Part shown: in pieces, positions 52,147 through 64,000 of the stretch
How the letters are laid out: each line of letters starts with the position of its first letter
How positions within the stretch are numbered: the stretch's first letter is position 1
Origin: Eledone cirrhosa
Taxonomy: Eukaryota
Direction of reading: 5' to 3'
NCBI GenBank assembly: GCA_964016885.1
Contig: OZ024740.1
Location: 366,234,001-366,298,000, forward strand
DNA: 64,000 nucleotides
Position numbers and translations under genes: made by a program
The notes under the pieces: model-generated
Databases searched by the model: none
Seen by the model: the letters and a program-made list of their open reading frames with translations, nothing else
What the model was told of the DNA's origin: nothing

Positions 52147-52882
52147 ATATATATATATATGCTTCTGACAGTACCCACCTGAAGGCATGCTTGAGGACTC
52201 TGCCACCTTGATACTCTCAGGAATAAATGGGCAAAAAAGAAGAAAAGATATATATATATATACATATATATATTTACAAACACAGATGCACACACATATC
52301 AGATATGAACACATAATCTCACACATACATCAGTTATACTGTGAGTAGTTTACTATTCCTACCTGGCATAAGAAACAAACTAAGAGACAATAGATGTGAT
52401 TCCCTTTGGAAATCTTAACCACTACTGACTGACTAGCGAGCAAGACAAACAGACAGATGCATTAGCCTGGGAAAACAGCCTATCTAGATAGGTTTTCATT
52501 GGTTGGATTTTGGCAAGATGGCAACTTTTTGTTCTGGTTCATTAGTTTAATGTTTGGTTCACCGGATTTCACATCAAGTTCTTTACCATTTTACTTCAGG
52601 TTTTAAGATAATGTTATTGTCGAGAATAAAGATTATTAACTCTCTCATATTTTCCCTCTTCCTTCTGTTCTACACTTTTTCAGGATTTTAGGCTAAATTT
52701 GGTATTTTACCTGAAGTAGTGTCGGCTTCTAAAACTGTATGGCATATTTGTGAGAGTGGATGTGTTAATGAGTGAGAAAGAGAGAGCATGTGTATGTAAG
52801 TGAAACTTGAACGAGGGAAAGAAATTGTGAGTGAGAGGGTACTAGAAACAGATGAAGATAGAATGTGTGTATATGTGCATGC

Positions 52883-52920
<38 letters not shown>

Positions 52921-53289
52921 GAGACACAGACACAAGGAAGACAAAAAATACAGAAAGCATGAGGGAGTAAGTGTATGTGTGTAAGAAGATTGTGTGTACA
53001 TGCATTTATATGTCTTTTTGTATGTGGACACACACACATATATATATACGTGTATATGTATGAATATATCTAAAAGTGCTTGAATAAGTGACAGTGTGCA
53101 TGCATAACTGCTTGTCTGTGTATCATCTTGTGTATGCCACACTACTTGTATGTGAGTGTGTGTGACATTGCTTTGTCTGTTATTTAATTGTGCTAATATA
53201 TATGGAAACCTATGATTTGACTATCCTTTTAATAACAACTAATTTTATATCTTGATAAGTTACATGAAAGACAAAAGCATTAGATTCAA

Positions 53290-53690
53290 ATTATAAACAT
53301 TCTATTATTATCTTTGTTCATGGAACTACTGCAGGCTAGTGTGGAGAAGGTTATAGATGAATGAAGAGTTGTATAAGTGTAAATATAGCTATTTTTAAAT
53401 GTGATAGTTAGGGGGGCATTGATGTAGAAAAGGAAGAGTGTAGGAAACAAAACTGAATGCTGGAGCACAGCAGATTTGGTAGAGCAGGAGACAGAGAAAG
53501 CTCCACAATAACACAATCTGATTGGAAGTTACCAATCCAAGAGATGATGGACAAATGGAACCCATAAGCATGCAGTTTTGAAGACAGATTCCCATAACAA
53601 CATGGTCAGAAACTTTGCTAATGTCAAGGGCAACAGCATTGGTTTATTTTCAACAGATTTCCTTAAGGAAAAAGCTCATTGGTGAGCAAC
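53290..53690 (-). pseudogene. decayed LINE RT fragment
   Basis: Minus strand AVALDISKVSDHV and V.Q.SVL.PTLFLFYIN remnants. Confidence 0.6.
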
Positions 53691-54007
53691 ACATGAGAGT
53701 TAAATTCTTGCTTGCACATTTATCAATAAATATACCAGTAATTTACTGTAGATCTTTTATTCATTAACTATGTCATATTCTTTAACTATAAATTTGAGTG
53801 ACTTCCATCCGTCACACAATGTGTATGTGTTTGTGTCAATGTATGAGTGTGTAAAAGGAAGGAAGGGGATGGGGAAAAAACTATAATGAAACAGTGGCTG
53901 ATGTTCCATTTGTTACACTGTATGTATGTGTGTTTGTTTGTGTGAATGTATGTGTATTTGTGTGAATGTATGTATGTGAGTGTGTATTTTTGTAAGTGTG
54001 TCTGTGT

Positions 54008-56597
54008 TTAACTTTGATAACTTTGATAGGTTTCGGTCAGTATTGGCCCAGGCCATGTCTAACTTAATAGCACGACCTGGCGAAGTCTTTCAAATCATGA
54101 TTTGGACACCATGGCCCACTCAAGTAGAGAGTTATTGTTTATGGAGGCATATCCGGGTGTAGGAGGTTTATCCAGGATTTCTTGAAGGAATTTGTCCGAA
54201 GACTTCTTGAACTTGATGGGGTCTGTCTCTGCTTTGATGTGTTTTGTGTAATGTTAAAGAGAGTGGGGCCAATTGAGGTGAAATAATTGTGCCGTGTTGT
54301 TGTTATGAGATGCAAGTGAGATTTTTGTCGTGGGCGGATAGCACGGGCCCCAAGCCTTGGGTGTACCTTAAAGGTGATGCCAAAGTTGATGGATTATTTT
54401 CCACATCATGCAGATAATGTAGCACTCACGGTGACTTTGGAGAGAATAAAGGTTGAGCTTTTCTAATCGACTCCAATAGTCAAGGCTTGTCATGCCATCT
54501 ATCTTTTTTGTAATTGATCTTTGGGGTGCTTCAACTTTCATGATTCTTTGTTTCATGTGGGGAGACCACAGTGGACAACAGTATTCAAGGTGGGGTCAGG
54601 CAAAAGTGGAGAAGAGAAGGATAACAGTGTGGATATCTCTTGACTGGATGGTTCTGAGAATCCAGAACACATTCTGTGGGTCATGTCAACTTTGCTGTTT
54701 ATATGAGTGGCCCAGCTTATGTTGTTGTCCACAATTACTTCCAAGTCTCTGTTGGACGCCACAAGAGATTCACCTGATGCCACGAGAGTTTCACCTGAAG
54801 GACGAGAGTATGGGAATTTCAGAGCATCCTTTTTTCCAAAGTGGATTAACTCGAACTTATCCTCATTCAACAGCATATCTTTCTTTTCTGCCCATTGGAT
54901 AACAGCCAGTGGGTTTGACTGAAGACAAGTCTGGTCACCCACCTCATTAATGATCCTTTGGAGCCTGGAATCATCTGCGAAGATTCTTATGTTGCTGTGC
55001 TTGATGATGTCAGTAATGTCATTAATGTAGATGATGAAAAGAAGTAGGCCCAATACTGTGCCTTGTGGGACGCCACTGCTGACTTTGGCTGGGCTTGATT
55101 TTACTCCTTCGACTACAACATGTTGGGCTCTGTCTGTCAGGAAACACTTGATCCACTGTAGTAACTTTCCAGAGACACCAATATTGGATAGTTTTTTTCA
55201 ATAGAATCTTATGATCAACCCTGTCAAAGGCCTTGCTGAAATCAAGGTAGATGACATCAGTGTTGGAGTCCTCTCCCAAGCTCTCAAAACATCATCAAAG
55301 TGATGCAGGAGCTGCATTAGGCAGTCCCTTCCATTATGGAACCCATGTTGGTTCGAGAAAGTGGGTTATTCGTGATCTCAGCACCCTCTCAAATACCTTG
55401 ATGATATGAGAGGTGAGTGAGATTGGACGGTAGTTCACTGCAAGGGACTTATTTCTCTTTTTGAAAACTCAGACAACGGACTGGGACAGAAAGTTTTCGG
55501 GAATATAGCCAGTATCCAGTGAGTTCCTCCACAGATTAGCAAGAGGAGATGCAAGTTGGTGTCGACACACCTTCAAGACACAAGCAGGGAACCTATTGGG
55601 GCCTACTGCTGAATTGTGTTTAATTTTGTTTATTGCCGCTAAGACATCAGAGGCGCCAAACGTTATGTCCGATATAGTGTGTTGGGGATTAACATCACTG
55701 ATACAGCCCAGATCGGCCATATCAGGATTGCTGAAAACAGAGCAGTATTGTTTCTGCAGTATCTCACCTATGGTTTTGGCATTATCTTGGAGTGTGCCAT
55801 TTTCATCAACTAGGGGGCAAACAGTAGAGACAGTGACCTTGTGTTTTTTTACAAATGAAAAGAACACTTTGGGGTTGAGTTTGATTTTCTCAATGGCCCA
55901 CTTCTCTTCAGCTGTTCTTTGGTTATTGATGATGGTCTTCATGCGTTGCTGGAGATTATATTTATTTGATTCAAGCAGGGAAATAGCCGTTGAATGTGTG
56001 TGTTGCTGTTGGCAGTATTTTAGTGTGTTCATTTTTTTGTTTGTTCTTTTTATTTTTCTGATAATAGTTTTTCTGTTTTGGAGGATACTGCACTTAGTTT
56101 TGTTCACCGGTTTTGATGGGGTGTGTTTTGTACATATATTTGTGACAGTGTCTACAAAAATCTACCAAGATGTTTTGATGTTGGTGGAAATGAGTGTGTG
56201 TGTAAAAGACCAGTCAACATGTGATAGCTTGTTCATAATTGCATCCCAGTTGGCATTATAGAGATCCATGTTATCAAATGGGTGGGCTTGAAAGAGATCC
56301 CTAGGATTAGCTTTCGGCTGGTGGAATCACAAGTTACAAAGAACCATGTCATGGTCTGAGAGAAGGGTTTTTTCCACTGTAATATTATGTATAGTGTTAG
56401 TGTGGTTACTAAACACTAGATCCAGAATGTTCTTCTGATTCCTTGTTGATGCAAGGAACAGTTGGGACAAAAAAAACTCATTCATAAAGTCGAGAAGTGA
56501 CTCGACTGTTTCTTTGTCAGCGGTTGAGGTTGGAGTCTCTGGTTTCAAACTGTTTGTAGACCAATCAACACGGGGTAGATTAAAGTCTCCCATCAAA
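54008..56597 (-). mobile_element. CR1/L2-group LINE, 5'-truncated and frameshifted ORF2 (AP endonuclease plus RT)
   Basis: GDFNLPRVDW, TRNQKNILDLVF, SDH; YLDFSKAFDRVDH, LLFIIYIND, FADD; short tandem 3' tail (atcaaagtt)2. Confidence 0.92.
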
Positions 56598-56979
56598 AAT
56601 ATGTTACTTTTATATTTATATACTCATACATATAAATGTATGCATATGCACACACACACACACACACTCACACACACACACATACACATATACGCATATA
56701 TATATATCAGTGTGTTGAAAAAATTCTAGTACTCTAGAACTTCAGTCAAGAAGAGAAAATACACCAGCATATATATGAATTGTTAGCGGGCCCAAGTTTG
56801 TTGACCTCCTCAAGGTGGAACCTGGAAACTGATCAGTGATCTCTAATCTTGATCAGACAAATGACAATAACCTGAGACAGTAGCAGCAAATCAATAGTAT
56901 TCTCTCATACACAAGAAGATGACTTGTTAGCTATTCATTGAAAAATACACACTCACACATTCAGAAACACATACATATA

Positions 56980-57140
56980 TACACACACATAAAGCATTAA
57001 CACAATGTTCATTTGTACATGCATACATACACACACACATAAAGCCTTAGCACAATGTTCACTTGTATACACACACACACTTATACATACACACACAGAT
57101 AAAGCATTAGCACAATGTTCACTTATACATACATACTTAT
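56980..57140. repeat. 50-60 bp tandem repeat, 3 copies
   Basis: Unit core ataaagcattagcacaatgttcacttgtatac. Confidence 0.85.
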
Positions 57141-57367
57141 ACATACTCGCACACACAAATTCCAACATAAATACAAACATGCATACATTTACTCGTAGAT
57201 ATGCAAAAATATGCAAAATCTATGAGATATGATGGCTTTTATCCGAGTATGTTTTTTTCAATGAAAACGTAACGTCTTGAGATAATGCTTACATATTTCT
57301 TGTTGAAAAGCCATTTTCATCTTACACTAAGTTTTATCTTTGACATTTTATTGTTTTTATAGAGGGA

Positions 57368-57878
57368 GTGGTAATGATGGTGGTGTTAGTGGTATTGATG
57401 GTGTTGGTGGTGATGGTGATGATGGTGGTGTTGGTGGTGTTGATGGTGGTGATGGTGATGATGGTGGTGTTGGTAGTGTTGATGATGATGGCATTGACGG
57501 TGGTGATGGTGATGATGGTGGTGATGGTGATGCCAGTGATGATGGCATTGATGATATTGGTAGTGGTGGGGATGGTGGAGTTGGTGATGATGATGTTGGT
57601 GGTGTTGGTGGTGTTGGTGGTGATGGTGATGATGGTGATGATGGTGATGATGGCAGTGATGATATTGGTGGTGATGGTGGAATTGATGATGATGATGATG
57701 ATGGCAGTGCTGATGATGGTGTTGGTGGTGTTGGTGGTGTTGAAGGTGAGGGTGATGATGGCGGTGATGATATCGGTGGTGATGGTGATGGTGGTATTGG
57801 TGATGATGATGGCGGTGTTGATGATGGTGTTGGTGGTGTTGGTGATGATGGTGGTATTGATGGTGATGGTGATGATGG
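57368..57878. repeat. degenerate (GAT/GGT)n trinucleotide tract
   Basis: Direct inspection; produces Gly/Asp-, Val/Met- and Ser/Pro-rich ORFs in several frames. Confidence 0.95.
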
Positions 57879-60143
57879 CTTAGTGGTTAGAGAGTTGGAT
57901 TCACAATTGTGAGGTTGCGAGTTCAATTCTCAGACCAGGTGATACACTGTGTCCTTGAGCAAGACACTTTATTTCACATTGTAACTTCTGCCAAGAGTTG
58001 TGACTGGTAGATAGTAACAGCAAAAGTTTTCTTGGACCGATTTGACGAGGTCGATCCCACTTGGCAAGCAAATGAGGTCTGGGATCTTGTTGATCCATCA
58101 GAGTGATTAAGGTGGTGGTGGTAATATGGTGGGTGAGGTGGCATTGGTTATATGGTGCTGGTAGTATGTTGACAATGGCTGTGGTGGTGGTGATAATGGC
58201 CATATTGTTGTTGTTTTGATGGTGGGAGTGTTGTTGATGGTTGAAGTAGGGGAGATGCTGCTCATGATGACATTAGTAGAGATTTAATGGTAGTGACAAC
58301 AGTGGTAGTTATAGTAGTGGTGACTATGGCAGTGGTAGTGACAACAGTACTGGTGGTAGTTTGTCACAGTTATGGTAGTAGTAGAGCTGTTAGCAGTGAT
58401 GCAGCTTTCTTCACACTTTTCTCCACCCAACAACCTTTAATAAAAGCCAGTGGTAAGAAACTATTAGAAGAGCTGCAGAGGGTCAGAGAAGAAACTTCCA
58501 CCAAGCAAGTGTTTTGGCCTTAAAGAATGTTGAAGAAAGAACACCACCATATTGTCATATTATCCACTTTGCTTCTTCCTCCCTCCATCTTAGACATATA
58601 TGCCCTCTTTCTATTACTTTCTCTCTCTCTCACACATACACACTCTCTCTCTCACACATACACACTCTCTCCTCAGTTTTCTTTCTCTCTCTTACACACA
58701 TACTCTCTCTCTTCTCTTTCTTTTCGACATCTTTTTCTCATTTTATTTTTCCTTCTTATTCTTTGCCAGGAGACAAATATTTGGATAAAACTCACAAATG
58801 GTGTTCTCTGCGTGTTTCTTATACTTATTGTTGGCAGAAATAGTATTTGTGTATATATATACATATTGGCAGTTGGGAATACTTATATGTCTAAAAGTAC
58901 ATTTGAATTTATAGATGTATGTTTATGAAATATGTATTTATCTTTTTACTCTCTCATTTTCTTTTTAACTCTCTAAATACCCAATACAGAACAAGCTGGT
59001 CAAATAAATAAGTGAAGTGTGTATTTTCATTGTTTTACTTGCAGATTGAATTTACAGATTATGTGTCAAATGTTTTCTTGGGCAAGTATCTTCTACTATA
59101 GCCCTGGTCTGTTTTTTTGGTATTTAGAGATTTTTGGTTGTGAGTAAGGATTTGTAATCATAATCATATATTATTCTAACAGGAGTTTTGTTGAATATCT
59201 TATGATATGTAAAGTGATGACATACCATATTTCCTGGTGCCGAAGATGCTTCATCCTCGAGGATGCACCCTAATTTTGACTAACCAAAAATTTGAAAAAA
59301 AGAATAATAAACAACCTTCGGCCTCCAGGATGCATGGTAGATTTTTGAGACTTATTTTAGGAAAAAAGTAGCGTCTTTGAAATATTTGAAATCTGGCTTG
59401 AGTCATATGTAAAGTGTAGGCCCTATTTCCACTGGTAATAAGCTCGGGCCAAATATGAAATGTATAACCCAATTCAAACTGTTCACTAAGTATTTTAATA
59501 ATCAGTGCTAAATACTGATTTATTTATGTGTTATGGGTTTGTGATAGGTAGCAAATTGTTTTCTGCATCCAGAGTTCAAAACCTGTCGAGGTCATCTTTG
59601 CCTTTCATTCTTTTGAGATTGAGAAATAAAGTAGCAGTCCAGCACTGAGGTCAATTCTTCCTCTCTCCTCTCTCTCTCTCTCTCTCTTCTAGAAATTAGT
59701 TCTGTTCAGACATGGAGAGAGATGGGCTCTGCCAGATTTTTAAAATGTGCTAACATTATGGCACCCCTACCACTCTCTCAGGAGTTATGGGTCTATACAT
59801 ACTCATGGGTTTATACATGTACATGAAGTGTGCATGATGCACTTACAAATAACCGAACAGAATAAAAAAATACTACATCAATTTAAATAAACGGGGGATT
59901 TTTACCAAGAGATCCATCCCTTGCCTCTAGCATGGAGAATAGACCCCTTCAGGATTCTTGGCCAATACTTACTGACCATATGGCCCTCTGTTCTAGCCAG
60001 TATTCTGCTAATGAACAGGGCATTATAAAACTTGACATGTAAAATCAAACCAATATGCTTGTTCCCTACTAACATGTTAAATATAGTCACTCCTCCTCCT
60101 TAGAAAAAAAAATGTGTGTGTATGTATGTGTGTGTATGTATGC

Positions 60144-60182
<39 letters not shown>

Positions 60183-60238
60183 TATATAAAATAAAGTTAA
60201 ATAAAAAGTCAAATGATTAAAATTTAGCTTTGTTTATT

Positions 60239-60293
60239 ACTGCTATATATATTTCAGTGACAGCCATCTTTGGCTGTGACCTCTTCAGGCAGT
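60239..60293 (-). ncRNA. type I hammerhead motif (left arm)
   Basis: Reverse complement of 63527-63581. Confidence 0.85.
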
Positions 60294-60898
60294 TTGAATT
60301 AGTGTGGTATAGACAAGTACATATGTTGTTTAGGTGTATAATATTGTCAATACTCTGATATGCCCAGTTCCTGGTTGGGTTGTTATTTCACTGAGGAACT
60401 GGAATCATATGAATTCAAACAAACGAATTTCAGTGTCAAAGGTCCTCCTCTCATTGGTCAGTTATTAGAACATTCCTCATTCTAAGTGTTGTTATTGTTG
60501 GTGTTAGCTTAAAAAATTGATAAAATGGCAGAAGGGACAAGGTGTTAAAGGAACAAAATAACAAAAAAAGTGTCAAACTTCCCATTGGTCAGTTCTGAGA
60601 GCATTCCTCAGTCAGAAGTCTATAGAATTCTTTCTGGGGTGAGGCTCCCTGTAGTGTTTTTGTTTGCTATTGTTAAGTACATTTGACCTCTACTATTAGT
60701 TTGGTAGTGTTGTTGGTGTTGTGGTCAGCTTATATCTTGCTGCTGCTAACAATTTAGAAGTATCCAGTGTGTGTTTTTCTTCATCCCTCCTGCCACCATC
60801 TCTCATAGTGGTGGTGGTGGTGGGGGGGGGGGGTTTCTTCCTTGTATATGAAGAAATATAAGGCAATAAATGAAGAAAACAGAAAATAAATAAATAAT

Positions 60899-61084
60899 TG
60901 TTTCTACTTTAGGCACAAGGCCAGCAATTATCCAGTGCATTACTGGTACTTTATTTTATCGACCCCGTAAGGATGAAAGGCAAAGTTAACCTCGGCGGGA
61001 TTTGAACTCAGATCGTAAAGGGACGTAACTATGCTGGAAAGCATGGCGTCCGACCCTCTACCGATACTGCCAATCCACCGCCCT
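60899..61084 (-). mobile_element. full-length family-1 SINE with 18-bp TSD inside the PLE left arm
   Basis: agaaaataaataaataat at 60881-60898 and 61085-61102; the empty site is preserved in the right arm at about 62922-62939. Confidence 0.95.
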
Positions 61085-61702
61085 AGAAAATAAATAAATA
61101 ATATAAAATAATTAATATAATTTGTATAATTTGAAAATAAATAAATAAATAGAGAATAAAGAATAAAGAATAAATGAAAAATTGGTGAAAAAGTAATGAA
61201 AATGAATATGGAGAAGTGAAAAATAGTGTAGGATAAAGTGTGTGTGTGCTATAACCAATCTCAAGGTCAGAAATATGTTGGATAGATTGGTATGAGGACA
61301 AGATGTTAAGATAAGATAATCAAACTAAATGTGTTTGTGTTATAATCAATCTCAACTTAAAAATAAATATAAGGTGTTACAGTGAAGAGCGCAGAAAACA
61401 AATAACAAATTAATAAAGAGAAATCAAGATTTAAAATTGGAACTTGAAAATCAAAAATCTAGTAAATTAAAAAGTGTTTGTGTTATATAGATGTTGGCCA
61501 AATTATAATGGCTGTGTCCGATTCTATCTCTAGGCTATCATGGTGTCTGCTCAGCCTGGGTTGTTCCCTATGGCTTGAGGGGAGTTCACAACCTAGGGTG
61601 TTGTTACTGCCCATATAGCTTGAGGGAGGTCTGGCCGAGAGGTGTTTTCATGTTCTGTAGAAGTCCCTATAGCTTGAGGGGAGTTCACATCTTCTTGTGT
61701 TA

Positions 61703-62530
61703 CTACTGTCCATATATCTTGAGAAAGGTCCCGGCTCTAAGGTGTCTGCATGTCCCGAAGAAGTCGGTTCTGAGGTTTATCAGGCCGCTTCCACCTCTTA
61801 GTATCTCAAGGGTCTCGTTCAGGCATAGTTTGCATATGCAAGATCCCCCTTTATCGGGTGGTACTTTCCTGATTATGTACCAGGCCAGAGAGTATGGGGT
61901 CCTGTCCAGCTTAAGCTTCCAGATCAGGTCGGAGAGAGCTGTGCTTTTCCTTTTGGCCTCCTTCTTGAATGAATGGCGATGGTTGTACCAGCGGTCTTTA
62001 AAGCTCGTTGATGTGGCTCCTATGTAGAGGTGTTCGGAGTTGGGGGTTTTAACCCTACAACCATATACTAGGTTCTTCTTGAGGCATTCATTACCAAGGG
62101 GGCATGATTCAGGGTTTCTGCAGTTGCAGAGGGTGGTCGGCCTCTGCGTGCCTAGATTAGGGTTCCCGTTATGTGTTACATGTTGGTCTTCCCCCAGGCT
62201 CGGTGGGGTGTCCTCGGGTCTGTTTGGGTTTCTTGGGTGGGCTCTGGGTCCCCCCTTCCCTCCTTTCACATGGTTCTGCTGAGTGTTTGTATTGCCATCT
62301 TCTGGTTGTGTGTGGTTTTTAAGTCTACTTCTGTTGATGCTTGCTATGTGTTGGGCCAAATTTCTCATGGTGGAATACGAGAGCTTCACGGTGTGTCTGT
62401 TGAAGATCCTGTGGTATCTGTGGTCCCTCGGTAAGCATTTGTCAAGTGCTCCAAAGAATAATCGGGCCAAGCTTTTCTTTAGGGCCGCTGAGTAGGGCGG
62501 GTTGTACCACGTGATTTTCGGTGTCTTCTC
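61703..62530 (-). CDS. 5'-truncated Naiad-like PLE linker plus GIY-YIG endonuclease
   Basis: KITWYNPPYS, RIFNRHTVKLSYSTM, CNC....CPL..EC...NLVY, YIGATSTSFKDRWYNH, LS..IW.LK, CKLCLNE, LIN.R...TCRH; frame is open from 62530; RT is absent. Confidence 0.88.
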   Translation of the reverse strand, partial: EKTPKITWYNPPYSAALKKSLARLFFGALDKCLPRDHRYHRIFNRHTVKLSYSTMRNLAQHIASINRSRLKNHTQPEDGNTNTQQNHVKGGKGGPRAHPRNPNRPEDTPPSLGEDQHVTHNGNPNLGTQRPTTLCNCRNPESCPLGNECLKKNLVYGCRVKTPNSEHLYIGATSTSFKDRWYNHRHSFKKEAKRKSTALSDLIWKLKLDRTPYSLAWYIIRKVPPDKGGSCICKLCLNETLEILRGGSGLINLRTDFFGTCRHLRAGTFLKIYGQ

Positions 62531-63526
62531 CTATATGTGTGGGTCCGGGTCGTCGTGATTTGTTGGAGATTTGTTGGGTTGCTGGTGGTTTCCGCACTGT
62601 TGCTTCCCCTTTGGGCTCTATGCTTTTTGTTATCTTCCCTGTATCACCTTATATTTATTTTTAAGTTGAGATTGATTATAACACAAACACATTTAGTTTG
62701 ATTATCTTATCTTAACATCTTGTCCTCATACCAATCTATCCAACATATTTCTGACCTTGAGATTGGTTATAGCACACACACACTTTATCCTACACTATTT
62801 TTCACTTCTCCATATTCATTTTCATTACTTTTTCACCAATTTTTCATTTATTCTTTATTCTTTATTCTCTATTTATTTATTTATTTTCAAATTATACAAA
62901 TTATATTAATTATTTTATTATATTATTTATTTATTTTCTGTTTTCTTCATTTATTGCCTTATACTTCTTCATATACAAGGAAGAACCCCCCCACCACCAC
63001 CACCACTATGAGAGATGGTGGCAGGAGGGATGAAGAAAAAACACACACTGGATACTTCTAAATTGTTAGCAGCAGCAAGATATAAGCTGACCACAACACC
63101 AACAACACTACCAAAATAATGGTAGAGGTCAAATGTACTTAACAATAGCAAACAAAAACACTACAGGGAGCCTCACCCCAGAAAGAATTCTATAGACTTC
63201 TGACTGAGGAATGCTCTCAGAACTGACCAATGGGAAGTTTGACACTTTTTTTGTTATTTTGTTCCTTTAACACCTTGTCCCTTCTGCCATTTTATCAATT
63301 TTTTAAGCTAACTCCAACAATAACAACACTTAGAATGAGGAATGTTCTAATAACTGACCAATGAGGGGAGAAGAGGACCTTTGACACTGAAATTCGTTTG
63401 TTTGAATTCATATGATTCCAGTTCCTCAGTGAAATAACAACCCAACCAGGAACTGGGCATATCAGAGTATTGACAATATTATACACCTAAAAAACATATG
63501 TACTTGTCTATACCACACTAATTCAA

Positions 63527-63581
63527 ACTGCCTGAAGAGGTCACAGCCAAAGATGGCTGTCACTGAAATATATATAGCAGT
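63527..63581 (+). ncRNA. type I hammerhead motif (right arm)
   Basis: acugc-CUGAAGA-ggu.acagcca[aaga]uggcugu.acu-GAAA-uauaua-UA-gcagu; palindromic stem III. Confidence 0.85.
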
Positions 63582-63631
63582 AATAAACAAAGCTAAATTT
63601 TAATCATTTGACTTTTTATTTAACTTTATTT

Positions 63632-63663
<32 letters not shown>

Positions 63664-64000
63664 TGCATACATACACACACATGTGTACATGCATACTTAG
63701 TCTAACCCATGCTAGCGTGGAAGATAGATGTTGATCGATGATGATGATGATGGTGATGATGATGATACATACATAAATATATATACATACACACATGTAT
63801 ACATACATACCTATATACATATATACACACATGCATATATACATACATGCATATATACATACATACATGTGTACATGCATACATACATACACATACATAC
63901 ATAAATATATACATGTGTACATGCATACATACATATACATACACACATGCATATATACATACATACATACATACATACATACATACATACATACATACAT

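Larger units (their letters stand above)
60126..63682. mobile_element. Naiad-like PLE insertion with about 1 kb inverted arms (60126-61388 and 62633-63682)
   Basis: Arms are reverse complements apart from a SINE in the left arm and a few substitutions/indels; GIY-YIG ORF between them; hammerhead near each outer end. Confidence 0.92.

Noticed and set aside
57340-57926. Long Gly/Asp-rich, Val/Met-rich and Ser/Pro-rich ORFs
   Set aside because: By-products of a degenerate trinucleotide tract that is open in several frames.
61389-62530. Selenoprotein/SECIS as reported for some Naiad PLEs
   Set aside because: No in-frame TGA in the surviving ORF and no convincing SECIS seen by eye; SECISearch would be needed.

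Overview
AT-rich, repeat-dominated eukaryotic DNA with no recognisable host gene. An octopus/cephalopod origin is inferred from the SINE and RTE repeat content. It holds many tRNA-derived SINEs, a second (GAT)n-tailed SINE-like family sharing its 3' end with an RTE LINE, decayed LINEs (CR1/L2-like, RTE), a full-length decayed mariner, hAT fragments, a probable solo LTR and many microsatellites. The most striking signal is Penelope-like element (PLE) activity. Two large head-to-head inverted PLE insertions are present: an RT+GIY-YIG copy at 26.9-29.8 kb and a Naiad-like GIY-YIG copy at 60.1-63.7 kb. At least five miniature palindromic units (110-270 bp) also sit in (TA)n tracts. These structures carry about 9 complete or nearly complete type I hammerhead ribozyme motifs plus several partial ones. 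They share an architecture of 3' ends pointing outward, with one arm carrying a 40-80 bp unpaired extension. Four or five such units form a train at 51.2-52.25 kb. Two further fold-back inverted duplications involve non-PLE DNA. All coordinates were read by eye and boundaries may be off by a few bases; no database search or folding program was run.
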